NCBI GenBank assembly: GCA_964019335.1
Contig: OZ025713.1
Span: 1 to 64,000 of the forward strand
Reading direction: 5' to 3'
DNA length: 64,000 nucleotides
Source of the DNA: Diplonema japonicum
Taxonomy: Eukaryota; Protista; Euglenozoa: Diplonemea
The notes beneath the pieces were generated by a model that had not been told where the DNA came from, ran no database searches, and was given only the letters and a program-made list of their open reading frames with translations. Shown here piece after piece: positions 43,963 to 55,069 of the stretch (position 1 is its first letter; each line of letters begins with the position of its first letter). Both the position numbers and the translations under genes were made by a program.

Positions 43963-46914
43963 TTAATTATCGAGAACCGGAATGGACTTTCGCTTGAGGC
44001 TGCGGTAGCTGAACCCACGAAAGTTGTTGTTAGCAAAACTATCCGAATTTGTCCGAGAGCTGTTGGGAATCATCGTCGAATGCGAGAGGCACCTCCGAAA
44101 TGCAATCGACGTGCTGGCACAGTCGATATCTGCTGCGGCCTCCACCTCGGCTACAGCACGCTCAGCAGCAACGGTGACTGCACCAAGACAGCCTTGGTGG
44201 TTTTCCATAGCCGTGCAGAACGCAGCCCGTGTCGCACCGTAACATATAACATCAGTCATGGCCGTTGCAGTAATAGGGCTCATCATGAAGTAGAGCAAAG
44301 GAAGCTCGCCGAAAAAATCGCCTTTTTCCTTCACACAGTCGCCTAGCCCGGTGACGCGGACCTTCCCACTGAGAATGATGTAGAACTGCGTCCCGACATC
44401 GTTCACCGCCACGATATTCGTTCCTTTTGTGAAAACAAAAGGTTGCAGCTCCGACACGAAGTCGGAGATGAAAACACGATCTTCAGACGAATGCAGCCAC
44501 CAAATATCCTGCGCAAGCCTGCTGTTCAAATGAAACCGAAACTCCGACCTGAGCTCAGTAGGCAGGCACCATGAGTAGTCAGTCGGATCGTCGTCATACA
44601 GGAAGTCGAACTGCTTCGGATTGCACATTCGCATCGACCTCCACAACGTCACGATATAATTCCTCACCTCCCCACAGTATTCCTCCGGCATATTCTGCTG
44701 GTGAAGGTACTCCATGACCGTCTGGATCATTGTCTCGTACTGCCGTGTGCTCGTTCCCAACGCTGTTAAGAGGGACGAGCAGTACGCGATCAATAAGGTG
44801 TACCCGCACACCCCTATAATCGATATCACCAAGGCAACCAGGTAGGTCTCGTCGTGCTTAGGGTACGGGTTGTCGTGCCCCGCGAGGGTTCGCAAGGAGT
44901 AGGAACACGCCTGGAGATAATAGAGAAAAGCGGAGCTGTCCTTCGGAAGCTTGTTGATGTAGAATGTGTAATCCTTGTGAAACTGCAGGTTATAATGAGC
45001 ATAGCATCCCAACACGTGGACCATGAGGATCGATAACACAGCGAATTTGACCATTTCCAAGACAGCTGTGTTCCGAACCCCCGGCTCGACAAAATATGAG
45101 AAAAGCTCTCCGAAGCGGAATGCGTGTAACAACCTATTGGTCCTTACCAACGGCTCCCAAAGAACCTCTATTCCGTAAACGGGAAGCAGCAAGAGCTCCA
45201 GAGGGAGGCACGCGCAGAATGTAACGCACAACCGCCATCCCAAATTGCCTTTCTTACACAATATGAAGAAATAAGGCCAGAAGACCACGATATCAATTGT
45301 CCACTGCGCGATGCAGGCGTGTAAGGGGAACGTAGAGAAAAACCCGATAGCAACGGGGATGGAGATTATGTTGGTGAACATGACGAGGAGCTTCAAGGTC
45401 TCAAATATGAACTCTACCCACCTCACCATATGTCTTCTTCTACTGCTTGCGATCTGAGCTTCGCTAAGTAAGATGACTTTCCCACTGTCGTGCTTCTCCG
45501 GCAGAACAGCGCGCTTCTGCTGGTCTGCTTCGGACATGAGGTACTTTTCCACGGCGCCGATGATCTCCTCGTCCGTGAAGTCTTCTCTCGAGCATTCCCC
45601 GCTCACATAGTCGCGAAGCGTGTACAGAAACGCACCGTCTCGAAAGGCCCGCGCATTTTTGCAAACAGATTCAAAGAACCCGAGATCCATCATTGTGTTC
45701 GATACCACCATGCACGTTTCTATGGAGAAGCCCCACTTCACGTTCAAGAGCGACACTGCGTCCATTCCTGTGAAGGACGAAGGGTATACCTTTCCATCGT
45801 AGTTCCGTGTGGCCACCAGGTGCTCGTGTATTAAGTAGCTGAAGTACTCCCCGAACTCATGTAACACCTGAACAGGATCGGCGAAGAGAGATGATAGTTG
45901 GCTTGTGTCGCCTACTTTTACATTCTTGTCACACTTGCTCATGTTGTGCTCATCTGAACCCGACATCATTATCTTGTTGAGGGAGCTGCTTGGTAGTTCC
46001 TGCGCCCCTTCCGTCATCGCCTCGAGTTCTTCAGTGGTCGGGTGGGTTATCGCTGTTACGTCATCCGGCGACAAGACTAGCTCCCAGGACTTCCCTTTAC
46101 TCACACCTTCCAAGAATAGGTACAAGGACTCCAGCAACGGATCAGAATGCGTGATCGACGCTACCTGAAGCCGCATTATTGCTGTACCCAAGTTTTTCGA
46201 CTCCACCGCGTCCCATATGGAACGGTAAGGGGGTAGAGGTGATTTGAAACGAAGCTGTGAGATGAGCATCACCTTTCCATCAACATGCATGTGCCTATAC
46301 GGTAAGAACAGGGACCCGATCCACCGGGTTGTCATGACATTTTGTTGTCCAGCAACGCTATCATCCACAAGAACCTCTAGATTCTTGCTGAGCGCTTCCT
46401 TCGCAAGCTCCTTTGAAAGATCTTGCGCGGGTGAAATGTACACCGGCATCGAGCACACAACACCTGTATATGATTCACTGCTGTTTGCTACTCCTATGCC
46501 CCAAGTGAATCTATCTGGATAAGAGCCTTCAATGGACTTTACCAGATCGTAGATTGCCATGACGTATTCAGGAATGGTAGCTATGTTTACATCGCATGCT
46601 GAGTATATAATCGTAGTCCCGATGATCTGTACCTTGAGGGACAACGATACCCTGGATTGAAGAATCGACGCAAATATTATTGAGCTAGGTCTGCCTTTGA
46701 ATTTCAAATGTAGTGTGATGACGGTGAGGCAGCATGAGCCAAGGTCCTTAACTGCCTTCGCGTTGAAGTCGACGCCAACGGAGGAGAATCGTGACCGAGA
46801 GCGGAGGGACGCAACGCCTTCGGAGGCCATCGAAGGTCTGCTCCTGGTACTCTTAGAGGTCTCCGAGGTTGCAAAAGATGCCATTGACGGCACGCTTAAT
46901 AAGAGGGGAGGCAT
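43963..46914 (-). CDS. Cyclic-nucleotide-binding-domain cation channel (CNG/HCN/KCNH-like) with a DEP domain and a degenerate class III cyclase-like N-terminus, 983 aa
   Basis: DEP motif YPSSFTGMDAVSLL..LGFFESV..FRDGAFLY. Six hydrophobic segments with an S4-like RTNRLL. C-linker YL...NMP..EVRNY. CNBD FYIILSGKV..GDFFGELPLL. Confidence 0.85.
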   Translation of the reverse strand: MPPLLLSVPSMASFATSETSKSTRSRPSMASEGVASLRSRSRFSSVGVDFNAKAVKDLGSCCLTVITLHLKFKGRPSSIIFASILQSRVSLSLKVQIIGTTIIYSACDVNIATIPEYVMAIYDLVKSIEGSYPDRFTWGIGVANSSESYTGVVCSMPVYISPAQDLSKELAKEALSKNLEVLVDDSVAGQQNVMTTRWIGSLFLPYRHMHVDGKVMLISQLRFKSPLPPYRSIWDAVESKNLGTAIMRLQVASITHSDPLLESLYLFLEGVSKGKSWELVLSPDDVTAITHPTTEELEAMTEGAQELPSSSLNKIMMSGSDEHNMSKCDKNVKVGDTSQLSSLFADPVQVLHEFGEYFSYLIHEHLVATRNYDGKVYPSSFTGMDAVSLLNVKWGFSIETCMVVSNTMMDLGFFESVCKNARAFRDGAFLYTLRDYVSGECSREDFTDEEIIGAVEKYLMSEADQQKRAVLPEKHDSGKVILLSEAQIASSRRRHMVRWVEFIFETLKLLVMFTNIISIPVAIGFFSTFPLHACIAQWTIDIVVFWPYFFILCKKGNLGWRLCVTFCACLPLELLLLPVYGIEVLWEPLVRTNRLLHAFRFGELFSYFVEPGVRNTAVLEMVKFAVLSILMVHVLGCYAHYNLQFHKDYTFYINKLPKDSSAFLYYLQACSYSLRTLAGHDNPYPKHDETYLVALVISIIGVCGYTLLIAYCSSLLTALGTSTRQYETMIQTVMEYLHQQNMPEEYCGEVRNYIVTLWRSMRMCNPKQFDFLYDDDPTDYSWCLPTELRSEFRFHLNSRLAQDIWWLHSSEDRVFISDFVSELQPFVFTKGTNIVAVNDVGTQFYIILSGKVRVTGLGDCVKEKGDFFGELPLLYFMMSPITATAMTDVICYGATRAAFCTAMENHQGCLGAVTVAAERAVAEVEAAADIDCASTSIAFRRCLSHSTMIPNSSRTNSDSFANNNFRGFSYRSLKRKSIPVLDN

Positions 46915-47665
46915 TTTTTTCTACTTTCCCCCCCCCCCCCCACACGGGGAGGGGAACCCTTTTTAAAAGTATGGTTTTTTGAATGTCAAAAAAAAAAAAA
47001 AAAAAGAACGACGGAAAAAAAGAAAATGGAAGGGAATGATTAAAAAAAAAAGGGGGGGAAGGGAAAGAAAAAGAGAGGGAGAGGGGGAGAAGAGGTGGGG
47101 GAGGGGAGTAGTAGCTTTATCAGGAGTTTACAAATAGATAAAACGAAACAAAAAAAACCCTCCCCGCTCTCTTCTCTTTTTTTCTTTTCTTTTTCTTTTC
47201 TTTTTCTTTTCTTTCCCCAATTATATGTTTTTTTCTTTTCCTTTCTTTTTTTTTTTGTGTGGAGTGTAAGGGTGTTAACTGTTAACGGGGTAAAGAAAGG
47301 AAAAAAAGCAAAAAAAAAAAAAAAGAAAAAATCTTCGAAACAAAAACAAAGAAAAAAATGATTAGAAAAAAAAAAGGGGGGGGGAAAGAAAAAAGTTTCT
47401 TTGTTTCAGTGGCCAGATAAGAAGGAGAGGAAAAAAAAAAGAGGAGAAACCACCAAAAGAACATTTTGTTATTTCACGCCACCTTTCTTTTTTTCATTTC
47501 TTCTTATTGTTCATAACCCTCTGAGAATAGAAAAAATAAATAAATAAAGGCTACAAAAAAAAAAATGGTACGGAGTAGTGGGGTGGGAGAAAGCAGCATT
47601 TCTTTTTTTTCTTTTTTTCTCTCTTCATCCTAGACATTTTTTCCTTCGGAGGGGAAAGGGAACCC

Positions 47666-47699
<34 letters not shown>

Positions 47700-47804
47700 C
47701 TTTCTTTCTTCAATCTACACCCTGTTCCATCCTCCCATCATTCCCCCCCTCAAAAAAAAAATTGCATGCTCACTCACATAGCTCGGAAGGGGAGGGAATA
47801 ACGG

Positions 47805-47835
<31 letters not shown>

Positions 47836-47838
47836 GTA

Positions 47839-48654
47839 TCACGCAAAAACCTGGATGAGGTCTGCCCTCCCAGAAGACCTAGCAATGTGCACAGGAGACA
47901 ACTGGCTTGCATTCACGACTGAAGGGTCAGCCCCACATCTGAGAAGCATAGCAGAGAATTCGGAAGGCGCATATGAAACAGCAACATGAAGGGCGGTATC
48001 ACCATCAATATCTGCAGCATTAACGTTAAGACTAGGTATCCCACCAAGGTACTCCGCGACCCCTCGATGCGCGTTTGTAACGGCACCAATAAGAGGCGTA
48101 GTACCAATATGGTTGGAAACACAAGGCGATACGTTGTGAACCTCAATAAGGTGCTTACAAATGTCAAGACAACCATTCTCCGCCGCCAGGAGTATCGGGG
48201 AGTCGCCATCCTCATCTGCTAAACCTGCTGGAACATACCTCAGAAGGAGCTCTAGGACACTGTCCATGGCTCCATTAAGTTTGCTCACCCGTCTGTAGAC
48301 CTCGCTGCTTCCATCAACACCAGCATCGAGGAGAAGTTGCGCTAGTTCCAAATCAGCGTTGTTACATGCAACGACTAACGAGTCGGCACTCGAAGGGATT
48401 CCACGTAGCTGCAGCATTTCCAAGGACCAGGCCTGTTTGTCTGGTACAGTCCTGAGTGTCATGTTTTCGATGTCCTGGACCTCGGTGCATGGGTTCACCT
48501 CCTGTCCGTAGAGGTCTACCATAGTGTAACTCCCCCTCTGCAGCCCCGCCAGCTCTTCGACTGCCGACATCACCTTTGACACGGAATCGCCCCAAGAGAC
48601 CTGCACATCAATCTCCCCGTGGCCATCGACCTGGACTGTTAGGCTTGCGGACAT
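47839..48654 (-). CDS. Ubiquitin-like domain + ankyrin repeat protein, 271 aa
   Basis: ATG at 48654 after poly(A). Ubl-like start; GDSPILLAAENG, GTTPLIGA, GDTALHVA repeats. Confidence 0.85.
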   Translation of the reverse strand: MSASLTVQVDGHGEIDVQVSWGDSVSKVMSAVEELAGLQRGSYTMVDLYGQEVNPCTEVQDIENMTLRTVPDKQAWSLEMLQLRGIPSSADSLVVACNNADLELAQLLLDAGVDGSSEVYRRVSKLNGAMDSVLELLLRYVPAGLADEDGDSPILLAAENGCLDICKHLIEVHNVSPCVSNHIGTTPLIGAVTNAHRGVAEYLGGIPSLNVNAADIDGDTALHVAVSYAPSEFSAMLLRCGADPSVVNASQLSPVHIARSSGRADLIQVFA

Positions 48655-48939
48655 TTTTTTTTTTTTTTTTTTTTTTGTAATATGTGGAGAACTGTTGGGG
48701 AGAGAGAGAAAAAAAAAAAATGTGACAAAAAAGAAAAAAAAAAAAAAAAAAAAAAAAAACCACAACTTTTTTAAATCTCTTAAAAAACAACAACAAAAAA
48801 AAAATATATATATATATTAGAGCGGGCCAAAAAAATAAATAATTGAGAAATAATTTAAAAAAGAAAAAAAAAAAAAAAAAAAAAGCGCTTCTTAAGGTGT
48901 AAATATCTTAACTGAACGAAAAGAAAAATTCTTTCTTTC

Positions 48940-50121
48940 TCACTCTCCATAAATACTCTTCAACAGCTTCATGGCAGGAGGGTGTCTGTCTGACGTGAAC
49001 TGATGCACAATACTGTAGGGCCTGCCGTCCGGCGAGACCACCTTGTCGCCGTCGATCCTCAACGACGCGAAATTTCCATGAAAAACACAGGGATGCGTCA
49101 TGGGGATGGCGGCGGGGTCCCACACAGCCTTATCGTGCTGAACATAGTGAAGCAAGTAGTTAAGACTAGCCTGGTCATTCGAGGTTTTAATAACGTTGAC
49201 ACAGCAGTCGGTCAAAGCGACGATTTGTTCCATGATCAGGTGGGTGTATTGGATCATCCCTGAAATTGTTCCAAATGTGACACCAGAATTCCCGATCTGG
49301 CTGTGCCGAAGAGCGTGGAGGACGTGCTTTGGATAGCACCGCATCCACCTTCTGTTGTGAACCTCATTCCCGAAGTTTTTCTTCCAGCTTTCGTATGTAA
49401 ACAACATTTTCGGCTCAGCCAAGTTCGACCCTTCTGGAAAACATGTGTCAAACGGATTTCCTTGAAACGCCACGTCAGTTAAATCGCTCATTAATACCCT
49501 GTTGATCCCTTCTTTTTGCTGTTCCAGGTATACCCGGTACAAGTCGTATCTAAAAGAACCGGCAGAATTCCGCAGTAATGTTAGGTTCGCCCATCTCATG
49601 TTCGGAAAACGTGTTTCCCAGTTAAACGGTATAAGTGTGATGAAGTCAACAGGGCTTGAAATGTTCATTTTGTCGATGTCTTCTTGAAGAGCTTTTCCTG
49701 TTGCCATATCGACCCATATAACGAGTTTTAACGATCTCCCTGAGTTCGTAGCGGTCTTCCTGTGTGTGTACAGGGATCTGATGAAAACCTTCGCCCATTC
49801 CAAAGGCGGGATTGCTCGTGTTAAGTACCAACCTTTTCTGAAGTAAAAACAGCTTAGAACCACGTCAACTTTCGCGTCTTTTTCGCCGATCGGGTCGAGC
49901 TGTACGTCCACCCCTGGGGTGGTGATGTTGCTTGTCGGTCTCATGTGAGGGCTTCTCATTGTGAGTGGTTTCCAGTAAGCTTCGGAGTTTGAGGGTGGGA
50001 CTGGGTTTGGTGGTGAGAGGTGGTGCGTTGCCCCGCCGCCCCTTCCATGAAGCATGTACTCACCCGCGATCTTGAGGACCACAACGCTGGTCAGGAGGAT
50101 TACTATGTTCGCTGGGGCCAT
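48940..50121 (-). CDS. Type II membrane glycosyltransferase-like (GT-A-fold) protein, 393 aa
   Basis: N-terminal signal anchor; RYDLY, LMSDLTDVAFQGNPF, NSGVTFG, DQASLNY and HQF motifs. Confidence 0.75.
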   Translation of the reverse strand: MAPANIVILLTSVVVLKIAGEYMLHGRGGGATHHLSPPNPVPPSNSEAYWKPLTMRSPHMRPTSNITTPGVDVQLDPIGEKDAKVDVVLSCFYFRKGWYLTRAIPPLEWAKVFIRSLYTHRKTATNSGRSLKLVIWVDMATGKALQEDIDKMNISSPVDFITLIPFNWETRFPNMRWANLTLLRNSAGSFRYDLYRVYLEQQKEGINRVLMSDLTDVAFQGNPFDTCFPEGSNLAEPKMLFTYESWKKNFGNEVHNRRWMRCYPKHVLHALRHSQIGNSGVTFGTISGMIQYTHLIMEQIVALTDCCVNVIKTSNDQASLNYLLHYVQHDKAVWDPAAIPMTHPCVFHGNFASLRIDGDKVVSPDGRPYSIVHQFTSDRHPPAMKLLKSIYGE

Positions 50122-50797
50122 TTCTTTTTATATTTTTATTGTGTATCTTTTTTTTTTTTGTGACAAAGGGGGGGGGGGGGAAGGAAAAAAAAGAGATGAG
50201 ATAAAGGAGGTTCCTGTTTTGGAACGTCCCCCTTGTCTCTACTTATCTACCCCTTTCTCCCTTCTGGGGCCTCGGCCTTTCTTTCTTTTTTGGCTGTGTT
50301 GCCTTTCTCAAAGTACCCTCCCTTTCTTCTTGCCACTTTCTGCCCAGTTTCTTAAGGTCCTTCTTTCTCTGATGCAAAAACTGGCCTTCTGTTCCATCCC
50401 AGACTCTTCTTCGCACCTATGGTTCTAAGCGCGTGGTTCTTCTGGCTCTCCGCTGGGAAGATCCGCTTGCCTCTGACCTTCTTCTATATGCGTGCCGTGT
50501 CCCACCCCTCTTGGATTCTTTCCAGGAGGCCGTGGAAACTCCGCGCTTTCTTCTGAAAAAAAAGAATAAAAATATAAGGGTGCTGGCGGCGCCGGGGTAA
50601 CCAAGACTTTGCGCTTGTGCAGTTTGCTTCGCCACCCTGAGCATCTGCATTACATACACTCCCAACAGCGCTCTGATGTGCTTCTTATATTTCCATGTTA
50701 TCCCTACCACCTTTCTTTTGTCACCCGACGCAATGGGTATTTCTTCCGATCATCGTGTTATCAAAGTTCCCACTACCGAAGGTGGAATCGATTTTTC

Positions 50798-50831
<34 letters not shown>

Positions 50832-51126
50832 TGCTCTGAACTTTTGTTGGTTGTTAGTTCTTCTTCTTTTTTCTATATATTATTATTAACTTCTGCTGGA
50901 ACAAGGTATAAGACAAACCTTGACCAGTGTTATTGCAAAAAGAATTCACAGCCCACCGCGGGTGCCTACCTTATGATGCTCCCCTTTCGTTTCCAAAAGA
51001 AAAGAGTCGGCTGTTTGCTGTTTGTGCACAGCCGGGGTTAACCTGTAGAAGGATAAGCCCAACAATGCTACCACTGCTCTTTTTAGCAATAACAATTCAT
51101 TATCAATATATTGTTTTTCTTGTTCA

Positions 51127-51164
<38 letters not shown>

Positions 51165-51247
51165 AGAGGCAGCTTATCCATTTTTATCCCTACTGTAGGT
51201 GAAAACGGTTTGCACAACTAATCAGCCGGCTCTTTTCTTTTCTTCTT

Positions 51248-51291
<44 letters not shown>

Positions 51292-52520
51292 CCCGTTCGA
51301 GCAAAGAAGTGAGAAAAAGCAGGGGAGGGGGGCAAATGTGTGAAAAAGAGAAAAAAAAAAAAAAAACGTGTTTTTCCAAGTTTTCTTTTTTTTTTTTTGA
51401 AATAAGAAAGGAAACGGAAGCGATTCCTTAATCCTTTTTAGAGTCATCCTCCCTGAGAGGGAAACAGTACTGGACTGAAACAGAAACGTTCGCTTTCCAC
51501 GGGGGGGAGCGAGGAGGGAAGAACAAGAATGTAAAGAGATAAAATTAAGGAGGTTCCTGTTTTTGCAAAGTCTCCCCTTTGTCTCTACTTTGTATAGTGA
51601 GGTGTAGAAAATATTATTCTCTTGCTTGGCACATACGGCAAGTTGTAGTAATCATTTTCTTTTTTTTTTTTTCTTCGACTGGAAAAAAAAAAAAAAAAAA
51701 AAGAAAAAGAAAAGTTCACACAAGAAACGAAGTAGCTAGAAATGGCCTTATAACGCCCCCCTTTTTGGGGTCATTCCCTGCTACCTACCGTAGTGCACGC
51801 TGACATTTTGTATCTTCCAAAAAAAATAAAAAATAAAAAAAAACAAAAACCAGGAGGGAAGAAGGTGTGGGGGGGGGGGGAAGGTTTCTCGTAAAATAGG
51901 GGAGGAAGAGCGAGAGTTGTCTTTTTTTTTTTTTCTTCTTTTTTTTTCTTCTTCTTTTTTTTTTCTTTAACAAAATAGAGGCGAGAGATCTTCATGGGTT
52001 CGATGAAAAATGAAAAAAAAAAAGGATGTTATTCTTCTTTTTCTTTTTTTAGAATTCTAATAAAACCTTCAGTATCGCATCATGTCGACCAGTCAACGTA
52101 ATCCTAATCTTAAGTTTTTTTTTTTCAAGTCTATTTTTTTCATTTTCTTTGTAATCGATCCAAGAAAAAAAAAATATAAAAACACGACGAAATATCACAA
52201 AAAACAGAAGAGTGTAAAAATCCCCGAAAAAAAAAAAAAGAATTATTTACGATGGAACTATTCGCCCCCCCCCCCCCCCCCCCCTTTACAAAAACCACAA
52301 GATATCACAAAAACAGAAGGAAGAAAGGGGGGAAGCTAGGGAGGGGACACCAAATGGGCGTTGAAAAATCGAAGAAAAAAAATCTTTTTTTTTTTTTGTC
52401 CCGTAGAATAGGGGGAGACTACTTCGGCGAACGGTTATTTCCAAATTCACATCCAGATCTCCAACCGGGTCTACGAGTGGGGGACATTTCTTTTTCTTTT
52501 AACACACATTAGGGGTGCTT

Positions 52521-52551
<31 letters not shown>

Positions 52552-53311
52552 CTTTTCCTTTGTGATCGAGAAGGGCCCCGACGAAAAATGGAAAACGGAA
52601 AAAAAGAAATGAGATGAAAAGGAGGGTTCAAAAGGAGGTTATCTCTTTTTTTTTTTTTTTTTTTTTTTTTGAATTCATCTAATAAAACCTTCAGGTTCCG
52701 CGACGTCGACTAATCAACTTCACAGAATCTTTAAGTTCATTTCTTTTTTTTTTTTCTTCTTTTCTCTTTTTCTTCTTTCAACATGCTAGACCCCATCATA
52801 GCAGGGGAAAAAAAAAATAGCTTCTTATTCATGATTATAAAACCTGTCCGAAAAACATTTTTTTCCCTGTTTAAAGTAGTTACGGGCTGAGCACACCGCA
52901 CGCACTGCTCGGTGTGTACAGACAGAATCTCTTATTTTCTTTTTTTTTTTTACCTCAATACAAAATTAGGATCAAATCCGGCGCGCAAAAAAAAGTTGTC
53001 TCGATTTTAGTGGTGCCATGCAGTATGTGACACAGCGGCCACCCTTGTGAAACTTCGCCCCGAAGCCTCCCAAGTCCCCGTAGAAAGTAAAAGTGGAGAG
53101 GTAAAGAAAGCTTGGAAATTGAAATAGGGAGAGGGGCCACAGAAGCAATTAAACACCAACTGGAGAGTTGTGGGAGGCTTGCTTCACTGGCACGATGCCG
53201 CGGGGAGGCTACTTGCCTCCACCCCCGTTCAGGTTTCCCCACGTGTACGGCTTTAGAACGAGAGTTTCCCTTTCGCTTGTGTTTCTCCTTTTTTTCTTTT
53301 TTTTTTTCTTT

Positions 53312-53716
53312 TCAAACTGCACCAACGTATCCAGTCTGGGCCGAGCCAAACACCCCAAGAGGCGCAAGCCCCCGGCTTTCAAGTTCTTTATGGTGCTGGA
53401 TCAGCGAGCAAGCGGTGTTGTTCAGTACCACGCACGTGTCACCCCCGCAAAAGGATGTAGGCTCAGCACCGATCTGAAACCTTGTCCTTATCTCTTGCCT
53501 TTGTGATGACAAGGTTGATATCGCAAAGGGGAGGGACAGGGAGGCCCGTAGGCACACCCCCCAGTCCATCCCATCCCTCCCCTCGAGGGCTGCCTGGTGT
53601 CTCGAGATGAGGCACGGCTGGCAGAGCCATGCCTCCAAGCACAGCTGCCCCATCTCGCAATAGTGTAGAGGTACCACGAAACTTGGGGCAGGCTTTTCCG
53701 TTACACTGACGCCCAT
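53312..53716 (-). CDS. PLAC8-family protein, 134 aa
   Basis: CLEAWLCQPCLISR...RQEIRTRFQI...DTC...ACSLIQHHKEL. Confidence 0.8.
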   Translation of the reverse strand: MGVSVTEKPAPSFVVPLHYCEMGQLCLEAWLCQPCLISRHQAALEGRDGMDWGVCLRASLSLPFAISTLSSQRQEIRTRFQIGAEPTSFCGGDTCVVLNNTACSLIQHHKELESRGLAPLGVFGSAQTGYVGAV

Positions 53717-54217
53717 TTTTTTTTTCTTTTTTGTTGCTTTCTTTTATTTTTAAAAACCTTTTTTATTGTGCATAAAACATGGTAAAAAAATAAAATAAAA
53801 TAAAAAAAAACAAAAGAAGAAGAGAGAAAAAAAGAAGAAGAATAAGAAAAAGAGCATTTCTTTTTTTTTTTTGGTCCCCCTCCTTCCCTCTCTTGGCACC
53901 CACGCAGGAAAAAAAAAAAAAAGGGAAAGAAGAAAAAAAAAAGAAAAAAAGGAGAGAAGTAAATAAAGAAAAAAAAATGGAACAACTGCACAGAACTGAA
54001 AAAAAAATAAAAAAAAGATAAAAAAAGAAAAGAAACGTGTAAATAATCCTAAATGCACAAAACAACAAACAAAAAAAAAAGAAGCAGACACAAAGAAATA
54101 AAATAAAAAAAAGAAAACATAAACATAAACGCTTTTCTCGTAGAAGCACTTTTTGCGTGCTAGCTGAAGAAAGAACGTTAAGGAAGAGGAGCGGCTTCAG
54201 AACGAACTTTCTATTAT

Positions 54218-54646
54218 TTATGTGCTCTCACAGGCAGTGTACCCTGGCTGGGCAGTGGAGGAGAATACCTTTTGTGGTGAGAGACCTTGGTTTTCAAGCT
54301 CTCTGTGGTGCTGAATCAAAACACAAGGTGTCCAGTTTAGCACGGTGCATGTGTCGCCCCCACCGCAGTTCCACCCTGAAGGTTCTCCCTCCACCTGGAA
54401 CCGACCACGTATCTCCCTCCTTTGGGCTGCCAAGACCGCAAAAGAGTAAGTCATAGATATTGTGGCTAGAAAGCAAACCCCCCAGTCCATCCCATCCTTC
54501 CCCTCGAGGGACGCCTGGTGTCTCGAGATGAGGCACGGCTGGCAGAGCCATGCCTCCAAGCACAGCTGCCCGCACTCCCATTTTTCCAAAGGCGCTGCGA
54601 AACTCTTTACTGACTTGTTCTCCAAACTGCTTGCATCGAAACCCAT
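54218..54646 (-). CDS. PLAC8-family protein, 142 aa (tandem paralog of 53312-53716)
   Basis: CLEAWLCQPCLISR...RREIRGRFQVEG...DTC...PCVLIQHHREL. Confidence 0.82.
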   Translation of the reverse strand: MGFDASSLENKSVKSFAAPLEKWECGQLCLEAWLCQPCLISRHQASLEGKDGMDWGVCFLATISMTYSFAVLAAQRREIRGRFQVEGEPSGWNCGGGDTCTVLNWTPCVLIQHHRELENQGLSPQKVFSSTAQPGYTACEST

Positions 54647-54776
54647 GATTGTTTTTTTTTTTTTTTTTTTTTTTTAAAAAGTGCGAGTGAGCTTTTTTTT
54701 TTTTTTTTTTTTTTTTTTGTGTGAGTGTAAAAAAAGAAAAACCATAACCCCGTGGGTTCCAAGCTTCTAGATACAT

Positions 54777-54890
54777 AAGGTGTCACGCGACGGCAACCTC
54801 GAGCTGCTAGGAGCGCCAATCGGCACACCGAGTACACGACCACCTTCCTCCACAGGAAGATCGACAGGCTGGTGGAGACCTTCCGAATGC
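54777..54890 (+). mobile_element. Short relic of a CRE-clade reverse transcriptase (C-terminal RT motif)
   Basis: Translates KVSRDGNLELLGAPIGTP/YTTTFLHRKIDRLVETF with one frameshift. LLGAPIG..F/Y...FL is typical of CRE RTs. Confidence 0.6.
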
Positions 54891-55069
54891 GGTCGAAGAT
54901 GCGGGCGCAGTCGGAGTCGGTGTGGATAAAGCGAAAAAAAAATATATATATAAAATATAAGTATTGAGTGAGATAGGTAAACACGAATGTTGAGAACGGG
55001 AAAGAGAAGAAAATAAAAAGGGGAAAAAAAAAAAACTCAGTGCTTTTTTTTTTTCTTTTTTTTTTTTAA

